The position numbers and the translations under genes were made by a program. Below are positions 28,021 to 40,400 of a stretch of 64,000 bases of DNA, one piece after another; within the stretch, counting starts at the first letter, position 1; each line of letters opens with the position of its first letter. Source of the stretch: Octopus sinensis (lineage: Eukaryota); the NCBI RefSeq assembly GCF_006345805.1, contig NC_043000.1, forward strand, positions 136,152,001 to 136,216,000, written 5' to 3'. Under the pieces are notes generated by a model that worked only from the letters and a program-made list of their open reading frames with translations, did not search any database and was not told where the DNA came from.

Positions 28021-28611
28021 TATTAGTGGACACACTAAGGTCAAAATTTAAAACCAGTATTAGGGGTAAAACTGTTGATTTGATATTCCAAGCAGTCTAT
28101 TGTGGTGAAGGAATTATGTTGAAACAGTGCAAGATGAAAATGAAAAAAATCTTAGCTAAAGAACGAGATAGTCAAGGTAGTTTGTGAAGCACTAATCCTA
28201 AAATAATTATCTAACATACCTTCATATAATTGTTGTTTTAATTGATTACCATAAAATAGTGTTATTCTTGGGGCTTGAAAGTTCTCAAAGTATACAAAAT
28301 ATAATAAACAGAAATGTTTGCATTTAGCTGTGAGTTTTTCAGTTTGTTCTTTAGTAAAAAATATCTTGATACTTAAAATATAATTGTTTTCACGATGACA
28401 CATTATTACCATTTATAGCTTTTCAGGTGTTAATTTCATTTCACATTTGCATTGTACAATGTTACAATATAAGGTTCTTGTTAGTCTTGTCCCACATTCG
28501 TTATTTATGACCAATTCAATAATATGTGATGGAAAGTGCCATAGGATACGGATGTTAATAGACAACTGAAAAATATGCCAAAATCAAAGTTCAAATGAGA
28601 AAAAAACTTAT

Positions 28612-29017
28612 AGGCGCAGGAGTGGCTGTGTGGTAAGTAGCTTGCTTACCAACCACATGGCTCCAGGTTCAGTCCCACTGCGTGGCATCTTGGGCAAGTG
28701 TCTTCTACTATAGCCTCGGGCCGACCAAAGCCTTGTGAGTGGATTTGGTAGATGGAAACTGAAAGAAGCCCGTCGTATAAATGTATATTTGTATGTGGGA
28801 GTGTATGTTTGTGTGTCTGTGTTTGTTCCCCTAGCATCGCTTGACAACTGATGCTGGTGTGTTTACGTCCCTGTAACTTAGCGGTTCAGCAAAAGAGACC
28901 GATAGAATAAGTATTGGGCTTACAAAGAATAAGTCCTGGGGTCGATTTACTCGACTAAATGCAGTGCTCCAACATGGCCACAGTCAAATGACTGAAACAA
29001 ATAAAAGAGTAAAAGAA
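28612..29017 (+). mobile_element. SINE family A, full length
   Basis: Colinear with the family. Confidence 0.9.
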
Positions 29018-29102
29018 TATATATATATATAAAAAGAATTTTTTGTGTAATGAGATAAAAAAACCAAGGCTATGTAGATATTAGAACATTTATAGATAGA
29101 AG

Positions 29103-29154
29103 GTCTTACAGCTGTTTCCAGGATATTTATTAATTATATCCCTTCATCAGAGAC
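29103..29154 (-). ncRNA. Minimal type I hammerhead ribozyme (Penelope-like-element type)
   Basis: Minus strand: GTCT-CTGATGA-AGGGATAT(loop)ATATCCTG-GAAA-C-AGCT-GTA-AGAC; stem I GTCT/AGAC, palindromic loop III, GUA cleavage triplet. Confidence 0.82.
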
Positions 29155-29381
29155 GGTGCGAGAGGATGGTTAAGTAATAGTTAATTTAGATAGGATACAA
29201 AATAGAGAGTGAGGTGGAGGAAAGAGAATAGAGGTGAGATATGTAGGGATATTGAATTTGTAGATCCATTTTTTAGGCAGAATAGTATACATGTAAGTTT
29301 CCAATACCTTTTGAGAAAAATCCAAGATATATATATATATATATATATATGTTAGAAGGTTTGGAGATGATGTACAGGTAT

Positions 29382-29617
29382 TATATATTAGAAGAAATAA
29401 GGTAATCAGAAATCTGGATGGTTTTATATTTACAGATATTTATTAATGTCACATGTGTTTATAAATCATGTATTAGTGCTTGCGTCCACTCTAACGATTC
29501 CACTAGAGTGGACGCAAGCGCTAATATATGATTTATAAAAACATGTGACATATTAATAAATATCTGTAAATATAAAACCATCCAGATTTCTGAGTACCTT
29601 ATTTCTTCTAATATATA
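29382..29617. repeat. Near-perfect palindrome, arms about 112 bp, 10-nt loop
   Basis: 29382-29493 is the reverse complement of 29504-29617 with about 5 differences. Confidence 0.95.
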
Positions 29618-29619
29618 TA

Positions 29620-30055
29620 TATATAAATTAATAAATAAATAATATGCATATATACATACATATATGTATGTACCTACCTCTACATGTATATATACATGCA
29701 TATATGGGGACAGGACACCAAAAAACGTCGAACACAATGAGAACCGAAAACATAAACACAAAACCAAGGAAATGGACATTTTTTTTTAAATAACGAAAAA
29801 ATAGAGTACAGGACATACAAAACAAGGAAAATTCCCCTTCTTCAGTCGCCTTAATTTCATATACTCCACGTTTCGAAGGTCAAGGCGATACATGACTTTA
29901 ATGAAATTTTCCTTCCCGCGAAAACCAAATTAAACAAAATTTGAGATTTTTTGCGGAGGGGTAAGAATGGTAACAAAAAACAGGACAGTAACGACAGTAC
30001 AAAATATAAACAGTAAAAGACAGGACAGAGAATAACAGTAACTCAAACAAGAAGG
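29620..30055 (-). mobile_element. Non-autonomous repeat (probably Penelope-related) carrying a rearranged hammerhead motif
   Basis: Colinear with 57135-57440 over about 280 bp. Confidence 0.7.
29834..29895 (-). ncRNA. Putative non-circularly permuted hammerhead ribozyme, copy 1 (intact core)
   Basis: TCATG-TA^TCGCCTTGA-CCTTC-GAAA-CGTGG-(11 nt)-TTAAGGCGA-CTGAAGA-AGGGG. Confidence 0.65.
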
Positions 30056-30067
30056 GCTGTTAAGCCA

Positions 30068-30906
30068 CAGGGTGCGATGGGTACATTGTTACCATTATAT
30101 GTTTTTAATTTAGTGCATGCACATTATTTGGTTTTCATTTTGTCGACTACACAGTATAGTAGCATCTGTTGGGCACCCTCTGTAAGAAAAACAGCAACAT
30201 GACGCAGTTCACTCTGACAGAAATTTGGAATTGGCATGATGCACTACTTGGCATTCACGCCAGAAGCTCCAATACGAAAATTTCAGAGTGTTTGGGTGTC
30301 AATCCGGGGACAGAGGAATTTGAGGATATGTACTGAGAGTGATGAAAATCAAACATCCAGTCAATATCATGGTGTTTGGTGTGGTCACTAGTGATAGCGA
30401 CATTATGCCTCTATTCATCTTCACATACGGCTTTAGACTCAACATAGAGGCCTACATCAAGTGACTGGAGGAGGTATACTGCCCTGGGTTCAGAGGGTGA
30501 CTGCTGGAAGACCCAGTCATAGCTGTCAGACTATTTCTGCAACCACATCACCCTTAACATCTGGCCACCTTACTCCTCAGACTGCAACCCCCTTGATTAT
30601 TATGTGTGGGTGTAGTTGAGCGAGAGACTAACAAAAACTCCTTGTAACACCAAAGATGAACTGAAGGCAAGGATTATAGCAGCATTCACCAACTTAAACA
30701 AGGAGACCACCCAGAAGAATTGCAGGAGATTCTGAAGTCATATGGAGGCCATGGTTGAAGCCAATGGTGATTTTATTAAATGAATTTACTCTTTAGAGTT
30801 TCAAAGTATTTTTATGCAATCTTGGCAAATATATCTGTTAAAATGAGATGTCAGTGTCATTTTCATTTTTGCGTAATTTAGACGACAGTTTATTCACCGC
30901 ACCTTG
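30068..30906 (+). mobile_element. Internally deleted maT/DD37D-type Tc1/mariner element
   Basis: KHPVNIMVFGVVTSD, WPPYSSDCNPLDYYVW and AMVEANGDFIK* motifs; imperfect TIRs CAGGGTGCG / CGCACCTTG. Confidence 0.8.
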
Positions 30907-30964
30907 TTTGTATGTATGTATGTGTGTGTATACATACATACATACATACATACATACATACATC

Positions 30965-31222
30965 ACCATGACCGATGTTGCTACACATCGCTGGTCACAA
31001 TGCGCTTTACATTGTTTTAGCCTTCAAGTGACGCCACTGCTAAGCGACCAGGCCAACAGAAGAAAGAGTGAGAGAAAGTTGTGGCGAAAGAGTACAGCAG
31101 GGATTGCCACCACATCCTGTCGGAGCCTCGTGGAGCTTTTATGTGTTTTCACTCAATAAACACTTACAACCGCGATCCTACAACCGCGAGTTCGCTGCCT
31201 AACCACTGGGCCATTGCGTCTC
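30965..31222 (-). mobile_element. SINE family C variant
   Basis: Reverse complement of GGAGACGCAATGGCCCAGTGGTTAGG head. Confidence 0.8.
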
Positions 31223-31265
<43 letters not shown>

Positions 31266-31546
31266 TGTATCGTGGGTAAGGCCAAAACAATGCGAAGTAA
31301 ATGCAAGGTAAATCACAAGAAAACAAATAAGTGAATTAATGTAGACTTACCTTGTATTCAGTATTTCGGTGCTATGACCCCATTTTCAAGAAATGGACAA
31401 ATGTTGCCGATGTGCGCGTGAGTAAGCGTGTGTGGAGTGGACATGCGCAGAAGGGTGTTGCTATAGCAACCTGCTAGCTTCTTGTAACTACCTTCTCTTG
31501 TTGATCTTGGGTTTCTTTTGGTGTATGAGGATGGCCTCAGAGATTC

Positions 31547-31686
<140 letters not shown>

Positions 31687-31701
31687 CTCTGAGGCCATCC
31701 T

Positions 31702-31799
<98 letters not shown>

Positions 31800-31961
31800 C
31801 ATATGTAATTTTTGGGACTGATGGGTGTAACTCAATTAGAGTGTTGAATAAAGCACGTTCACAGTTTGGGCTACCAGGTCTCATCTGCAGTTGGCATACA
31901 TAATTCTGTTGCATCTACACAAGGAATTATTCAGTGTTAGTTGAGATAATAATGATCTGGG

Positions 31962-32381
31962 GAAGGAAATGGAAAATATATTTGGCATTAGACTTAATTC
32001 AGTACGATGATCGTTTCGACCCCTCCTGTGACTGTCCTTTTATGGGTGAGAAGTTGGGCATCCAATTACGTTGCATTGATCAGTACTGTCTGGATCACAC
32101 CAGGTACATTCATACATGAAGTGTTGTCCTGCTAAATGTACTGAGTTCTCGCATTCGTGTTGATGTTTGCCCACTGTACAGCAACATGACTGCGAAAACT
32201 CGATATATTCAGTGATACACCATTTTATGTATGCATGTACCTGATGTGGCCCATACTGCCCTGATTAATGCAACACATTTGGATGCCCAACATACCACTC
32301 TTAAAGGACAGTCGTTGGAAGGGTCGAAATGGCAATCGTACTGAATAAAGACTAATGCCAAATCAACCTTCCATTTCCTTC
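31962..32381. repeat. Long imperfect palindrome, arms about 205 bp, 11-nt loop
   Basis: 31962-32166 aligns colinearly with the reverse complement of 32178-32381. Confidence 0.93.
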
Positions 32382-32405
32382 ATTGATTATATATAAATAT
32401 ATATA

Positions 32406-32800
32406 CTACCTGTGACCCATTGGCTCACCAATAATTCAAGGGACCCGAAAAAAACGTATATCTCGGGAATCCGTGGTCCGATTTACGCGAGACTTTTGAT
32501 ATACAGTGTGTATTCACATTTCAATGGTACCTTACTTTCAAAGCATTTCCCCCATTATATGCCGGTTTGGCTATTTATAAAGGTACCTAAAAAAACCCCG
32601 TGTATCTTGGTAACCCGTGGTCCGATTTACGCAAAACTTGTTTTATTCCTTTTGTATTCACATCAGCATCCGATTGATTACGTCTTCTACTTTTGTCTCT
32701 TGCCCTCTGTTCCGCCAGACGCTCAGCCCTTGCTTTATCAGTTTCAGCGATACTTCTATTCGCATGCCTGTCCCGATCTTGGGTAAACATTTCTTAAAGG
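32406..32800 (-). mobile_element. Possible Helitron-derived remnant
   Basis: AETDKARAERLAEQRARDKSRRRNQSDA resembles STPR-type repeats at the Helitron Rep-Hel N-terminus; duplicated CCGTGGTCCGATTTACGC block; GGGTCACAGGTAG|T end. Confidence 0.45.
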
Positions 32801-33744
32801 ACCCGTTCATACTTTGATGTGAAATAATTATTTCAACAGTTTTATTCGAGTGTACTCAACGTACCTCACCTCCAATCCCCCCGCAAACCACTTTCTTCCG
32901 GAAAAGAAAAGAATGAAGTGTTGTGGGTACCTCGGAGTTTCCTGAGAAACTTTGAGTTTCCCACCAATAGGGTTTTGTTTCATGAGTTTTTTTTTTCTTT
33001 TCCAAGTTATTTCGTAAGCTTTCAACAAATGTGACATCGAAATCACGCGTAAACGGCTCCTTTCCCGAGATAAGGAGAAGATTGGCTGCTATTTCTTGCA
33101 CGCCCTGCTACCACATAGCAGCTATTTCGGGTTCTTTATCGCAAATAGTTGTTACATGATAGCAGGATGTGCTAAAAAAGCAACCAAATCTCAAAAAAGT
33201 ATCTATGGAAAAAATTATTTCACACCAAGGTTACGAACGACTCTTTAACGAAATATTTACCGAATTTTTTATGTCATTTTCACTTTAAAATATATTTTAA
33301 ATATGCCAAAACAAGTTTTTGTAATGGTATTCACTTGATATTATTTTAAAAATATTGTGTGTTTAAAGAAAGCTAAAATATACTTACTGTACGTTGGCAA
33401 GTTAAAGTCATAATGTGTCCAATCTTAAGATTAGAGTTTCTTCCCCTTCTAGGTTAAGTTATTTTCGGAGTACTTCCCCATTATGCGCCGTTTTGGGTAC
33501 TTATACGCCCCAAACCCCAAATATTTCAAGAATCAGTAGTCCAATTTGCATGTAAATTGTTTAATCCCATTTGTATTTACATTTCAGGAGAACCTTAATC
33601 CATACTATTTTCTCATTATGCGCCAGTTTGGCTGTGTAACATTGCAAGCAAGCAAGATTGAAGTTCATTTTTAATATAATACACACACACACACACACAA
33701 GATATACACATATTTTCATTCAAATATATATATGTATATATACA

Positions 33745-34076
33745 CCTATGCCACTCAAAACATTGCATATGACCCACTGCCTCATCCCTGTAAGCTTGCT
33801 GAAGCATGCTCAATGTTTCTTTAGTAAACTTCCTCAGTCTATTTATCTGTCTGTTTGTCTGTTTATCTATTTGTTTTTGTCCATGACAAAATTGCAGACT
33901 ACATAATACATGTGATTACAAAATTAAATTTCCCAACTTGCAAAGAAAACACAGTGTTGTGACTCAGTACACTGCTTCATGGAGGTCATTGTTAGCTCTC
34001 ACCATATACACAACTGTGTGCTGCCATCTGTTGGTGCATTACAGAACAAGTCTGGGAAACTTTTGATACCATCTTG
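33745..34076 (-). mobile_element. Mariner 5' remnant
   Basis: MLQQAYRDEAVGHMQCFEWHR resembles mariner HTH1; terminal TA|CAAGATGGTATCAAAAGTTTCC. Confidence 0.7.
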
Positions 34077-34226
34077 TATATATACACATACATAAATGTA
34101 TATAAAAGAGAGACAGAAAGAGGGAGAGAAACGATAGATTTAATTAAGCAAATAGTGTCCAACATAATAATGAACAAATGAAGGAAAAGTCTTAATAAAT
34201 AAAATTTTGAAGCAGGCACATGAATG

Positions 34227-34530
34227 AGGAGGTGCAATGGCCCAGTGGTTAGGGCAGCGGGCTCGCTGTCGGAGGATCAAAGTTTCGATTCCCAGACTGG
34301 GCGTTATGTGTGTTTATTGAGTGAAAACACCTAAAGCTCCATGAGGCTCCGGCAGGGGGTGGTGGTAACCCTTGTTGTACTCTTTCACCCCAGCTTTCTC
34401 TCACTCTCTCTTCCTGTTTCTTGAGTAATGCTGTGTGGTGGACTGGCATCCTGCCCAGCTGGGGGGAACATATATGCCACAGAAACTGAGAAACCAGGCC
34501 CATGAGCCTGGCTAGGCTTGAAAGGGGCAT
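34227..34530 (+). mobile_element. SINE family C variant
   Basis: Same tRNA head as 5053, different 3' half. Confidence 0.85.
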
Positions 34531-35245
34531 ATAATTATAAAAGATAAAAGGCAGATGAAAGGGGACATATACACAGCCTGTACAAAGGCGGTATTCACTG
34601 CTGTTTGCTGAGGAGAAAAATTATTGCTTTAAGGTAATAGATGTTAAAAAATACCAGCAGTCATTTTGTTACATCCTCTAGAAGAGTGATGAAAGCATTT
34701 TTAGCTTCTTGGCTATCACCAGCAACATGTACCACAGGCTGTGTTCTGAGACTGATTTAATATAAGGAAGTGAAGTCTTCCAGAGTCATATTAGCATTGT
34801 CTCTCTTAGAGAACACAGTGTTGATGATGGCCAAAAAGCTAGGAATGCATTTGCTGCTCTGCCAGAAGGTGTAATGAAATGACTTTTTTAACACCTATCA
34901 CCAGAAGTGAAAATTGTTCTAAAAAATAATCAATAGCAGTGAATATGACCTTTGTGCCGGTCAACTATGTCCCAAACATATTTGAACTGATTTAAATGTT
35001 TGTTCTTAATAAATATTTAACTTGCAATTCTGATAATTATGAAAACCATTTTCAGATTTTGTAAAGTGTTGTAAATATTCTTTCACTTAAGAATTGTAAA
35101 TATTCTTTCCATCTCTTATCTAGCAGTCAAATGTTTGAATTTTCAGGATATTAAAATGTTGGCTCAAAAGTCTTGAGGCAAGGTCCATTTAAGGATTTTT
35201 AACATGTATTGTAGAAAGAAACATAATTTTATGCAAGGGTATATA

Positions 35246-35730
35246 CAGTGATCCCTCGTTCATCGTGGTAGATTGGTTCTGAGACTGGCTGCGATAACTG
35301 GATTTCCACAAAGTTGGGGCACCATATTTACAGTGTTTATTTAATGTGTATTTGGACTTTTAAAACCCTCCCTGTACTGTCAACAAACCACCCATTACAG
35401 TAGTTTATTAGTAACAAGGACAACTGTTAAGCAATAACACTTTTGATTTAAAAAAATAAAGATTGTTGCTGTTACACAGGCCAGGTTACAAAATACAAAG
35501 CTGTGATTCGTCGTCTCTCTCCATTGCATCAATCACAGACCGTCTTAAGTTCAAATACCCCTGTATATGCTTTTTTACTATTTTACACTTGTTTTGTTGT
35601 TCCTAGACTAGGAAATAATATTTAATATTAATATTTTAATTGATTTAATGAAAAATTTTAGGCGTTCATATATATATATATTTTTAAAATCCGCGAAGTC
35701 ATGAATCCGCGAAGTAGCGAGGGATCACTG
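35246..35730. mobile_element. pogo/Tigger-like MITE (485 bp)
   Basis: TA|CAGTGATCCCTCG ... CGAGGGATCACTG|TA. Confidence 0.88.
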
Positions 35731-36938
35731 TATTCTGGGTGTGCAAGGTATGTGCTGCACATTCATCGAAAGTGGCAAATTCATTATAAATATTAGCCAT
35801 ACTCATTAATTTTATCACAAATCTTCATGGAAAACTTTTGTTATACCCCTGCTTGAAATTTGGTAGCATTGGGTGTAGCAGCACACTCAATACAGCAACC
35901 TTCATGTGCACCTGATTTTATGCATGACATTTCCCTTAGATGTATGGAAATAACTACCAGAATATCATTTTGCCTCTGAGAATGATAGCTAAGATAGATG
36001 CCCATCTTATACAAGGGAAGACACATTTATCATTTGTTTTATGTCTTGAAATGGGAGCAAAGTATCAGACCTTACTTAAAACCCCTCAAAGAAGTTTAGA
36101 AGACATTACCCTTTTTCCAGGAACCAGATATATTACTAATAAGTGAAGATTTATTTAATAAATTTCTTTATGAAAGCATTGGAAACGGATTTTAATGATT
36201 GGTATTTTATCTTTCATAAACCATTCTTTATATTATCTTCTCTTGACCCATAACATTTATTTTATCTTTATTTTCCAATAAGAATAGCAAATAAACAAAG
36301 CAAAAACAAACAAACAAAATATAATGGTTGGAGCGAACAAAAGCAAAACAACCAATAGAATAAAGAGAATAATACGATAGAAGGAAAGTAAGACAGAATA
36401 TGAAAGTCAAATATCAAATTCATTCTAAATTTAATACAGTTTTAAAATATTTTATCTAATAAATCTTTAGAGAAAGAAATTCCTTTGTAGTTGCTATCAT
36501 AAACATGCTCAGTATGAACAGTCATTAAAACATAGGCTCTTTAGTTTTGGTTAAAATTGCTTTTTCACATCAAGTGAATATTTCTAAACCATTGTATTAA
36601 CATTTTGTTTTATCAATAAAGTTCTTATTAAAATGATATTTGACATACGGAAATTAATATCTGACAATTGAAATAGATACTTGAGAATTTAACAATATTT
36701 GATATTTGAAAATTAATATCTTATCCAAACAATATTAGACTTCATTTAAATACAAAATTAATATTTTCACATTTTCTTACACGGTAGGTTGAGTTTTAAA
36801 ATTTGTTTATCATATGTTCAAGCCTACAAGTTGGTAGTGTGTTTTACCTTTACGTCAGGTGTATTCCATTAGCATACACACATTCTGTAGTATACACATA
36901 CAGATACATTTGCATACACACACTTACATACGCACACA

Positions 36939-36983
<45 letters not shown>

Positions 36984-37764
36984 GCACATACACACATATT
37001 GGATTCTTTATAGTTTCCACCAACCAAATTCACTCACAAAGCTTTGTCACTTCAAGGGCTAGACTAAAAGACACCCAATGTGTTGTGCAGTGGATTGGAA
37101 CTTGAAACCATGTAATTGAGAACCAAATTTCCCAACAACACTGCCAGATGTAAAATGAAATTCTCTCAAATTCTTGGATGGCTCCATAGAATAATTTGAT
37201 AGCTTCTGTTACCTATGAGACATAACTAGCAGTGAAGGGGATTATGTTGAATGCATGGGTGGAGTAGAAGAATTTTGGAGAGATTTTACTTATGCAGTAG
37301 GCAAAATGATACTCTCTCTCTTTCTCCGAATGAAGGTAGTTGTACGAAGCTTAGGTAAGAAGTGTGATGTTGCATGGTAGCAAAGCATATGTCTTGAATG
37401 CAGAGAGTATGCAAAGGCTGGAAAGAAATGAGGTAAGTGTGCCTTGCTGAATGTATAATTTTAATCTTTATGCAAAATGTTGCACAATTGATGGGAGAAA
37501 GAAACGGAATATGATAGAAATCAGATGTAGTGCGTAAAAGAGTGGACTATACTGGTATTTGTGATGGGTTTGGAAGATGACACGTGAGCAAAGAAGTGTC
37601 ATAGTTATCCTGGTGAAAGAAATGGCAGAAAAGAAAGACTGAGCAAGAAATAGGAAGGAGTGATGACAGTTGATATCAGGATACAGAAGATGATAAATAA
37701 GGATGATGATCGTGATGACATGTATGTGTATATGTGTAAATGACTGTACGCATGTATATATGAA

Positions 37765-37809
<45 letters not shown>

Positions 37810-38814
37810 GTGTGTATGTGTGTATGTGTGTGTGTGTTCATGCTTTTTGAAATAAATAAATATAAAAAATAACAGTCATTGACTAATATTGCTTTCTTCT
37901 TACAATCTAATAATTTCTGTAGTTATATTTTTGATATTTCTTATATTCAAACGGTTAGAATTAACTTAACTGCTGTTTTTATACTGATTGTAGTCTCTGT
38001 GGCATTTATTCTTGAAAGAATTTTAATTTCACATTTTTTTTATATTACTGTTTTACTTATTGATTCAGTAATCACTATATACCAAGTAGTGGTGGGAGAG
38101 AGATTACTGAAAAGGTCATAATAAGGTGAAAACATGTCTGGAATTTGTCTCTCTTACATGCTAAATATTCAAATTAATATTAATTATTGACCAATATCAA
38201 TATATTGTCCTCCACTTCATAATTATTTTGAATTTCTAGTTAGCTTTGTGATGCTCCCGGCATTAAATATGTAAACAAATTCTTATCTTCTCTATTATTG
38301 TGGTTTCTTCCTTCAAACTGCTGCTGCTTTGTTAAGCTCTCCACTTCTTGTTTCCTTGATAAATATGTTCTTAATTCTTTAAAATCTTTGTAGATTGTCT
38401 TATGATCCTTAGGGCAAATTTTCTTTAGATTTTGTTACTTTCAACAAATTAGGTGTTGCTTGGGGTCTGTTCCATTGCTATTTGCTCCCAACATTGTTGC
38501 ATGTAACTCTTCTGCCATATTCATAAGTCCACCATGACTTACCAACAAGCTAATATTTAATCCAGTAATTCTGATACGAAAATCCTGACGTGTTGTAAAT
38601 GATAATCAAATAAAAAAACTTCTATCTAGAACCAATTAAGTATAAGTCTATGAATATATCATAATCACTCCACCCCCATCATCATCATCATTTAACGTCC
38701 ATTTTCCATGCTGGCATGGGTTGGATTATTTGACAGTAGCTGACCTGCTGAAGAGCTGCCCAGGCTCCAAGTCTCTTTGGCCATGGTTTCTACAGCTGGA
38801 TGTCTTTTCTCATT

Positions 38815-39120
38815 GGAGACACATGGCCTAGTGGTTAGAGCAGCAGACTTGCGGTTGAGGGATCGTGGGTTCGAATCTCAGACCGGGCGATGTGTGTGTG
38901 TGTGTTTATGAGCGAAACACCTAAGCTCCATGCAGCTCCAGCAGAAGGTAATGGCGAACTTCTGCTGACTCTTTTGCTACAACTTTCTCTCACCCTTTCC
39001 TCCTGCATCTTGTAGCTCACCTGCGATGGACTGGTGTTCTATCCAGGTGGGGAACCTATACGCCAAGGAAACCAGAAAACCGGCCCTTATGAGCCAGGCC
39101 TGGCTCGAGAAGGTACAAAC
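38815..39120 (+). mobile_element. SINE family C variant nested inside a family D copy (38677-39245)
   Basis: tRNA head TGGCCTAGTGG / GGTTCGAATC; the D element breaks at GGATGTC and resumes at about 39129. Confidence 0.82.
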
Positions 39121-39404
39121 ACAAAAAAATGTCCTTCTTAATGCCAACCACTTTACAGAATGTGCTGGGTGCTTTTATGCAGCACCGACACAGGTGCTTT
39201 TACATGGCACCAGTGCAGATGCTTTTTATGTGGCACCAGCACCTGCAATATATATGTATATATGACTTTTTCATCAATGGGGTGATCCTTGACTGCACCA
39301 TAGTTGTCTCAATGTTTTTCAGTGTATTTTAAAAAACAAAGGTACCTCTGAGAAGGTACAAAAATATATTCACAATGCATTTGTTATCTATTCATTATTC
39401 TTTT

Positions 39405-39685
39405 TACCAGCATTGCCTTACTGGCACCTGTGCTAGTGGCATGTGTAAAAGATTTGAGTGAGGTCATTGCCAGTACCGCCTGACTGGCTCTGTGCCGGTG
39501 GTACATAAAAGCACCCACAACACTCTCAGAGTGATTGGCGTTAGGAAGGGCATCCAGCTGCAGAAACTCTGCCAGATCCAGATTGAAACCTGGTGCAGCC
39601 ATCTGGTTCACCAGCCCTCAGTTAAATCATCCAACCCATGCTAGCATGGAAAGCGGACGTTAAACAACGAGGATGATGATGATGA
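39405..39685 (+). mobile_element. SINE-like family D
   Basis: Colinear with family D, (GAT)n tail. Confidence 0.85.
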
Positions 39686-40400
39686 GGATTCTTTTAAAGT
39701 TATACTCTACACAATATGACCAATATACATATTTATGTTTGCATGTGTGTGAGAGGGAGAGAGAGAGAATGAGAGAGAGAGTGTGTGTGTGTCAAGATAG
39801 TACCAGCATCAACAACTTTAGTTGTAGTCATAGTAGCAGCAAATGCAACAAAAACTGTCATGCTAAACTGTTTGTCAGAAGTACAGCAGCTCTTGGAGCT
39901 AATTTCAAATATAGAAAGATGCCTTCAAGTCATGATGTTCCATTTTCAAAAGAGTAACTTTCACTGATATCAAGTTTGAAGATCAGCAAGATCTGCAAAA
40001 CAGTTTTCTTCAGTATGAAGACTGAAGCGGTAAGGTTGATGCTTTATTTCTGACATTTCTTTCCCCGTTTTTTTTTGTTTTTTTTTTTACATTTGTTTCT
40101 GAAGACTGAGGCAATGAAAGAACTAGGTTCCTGAATCCTGATTTGGAAGTTGAAATTAAAATCTGTTGTGTATGTTCCATTGAATTTCTGAATTCATTCC
40201 ATTGCAAGAAATGTGAACGAAGTTGCAAATGGGAAAGCTACAGGCAACATTCTTTCATTTAATATCAAGATATATATATATATAATATAAATATATATAT
40301 ACACATATATATATATATGTATATATATGTATGTATATATATAGATAAATAGATACATAGATAGATATAGATAAATAGATAGACATAAATATATATATGT

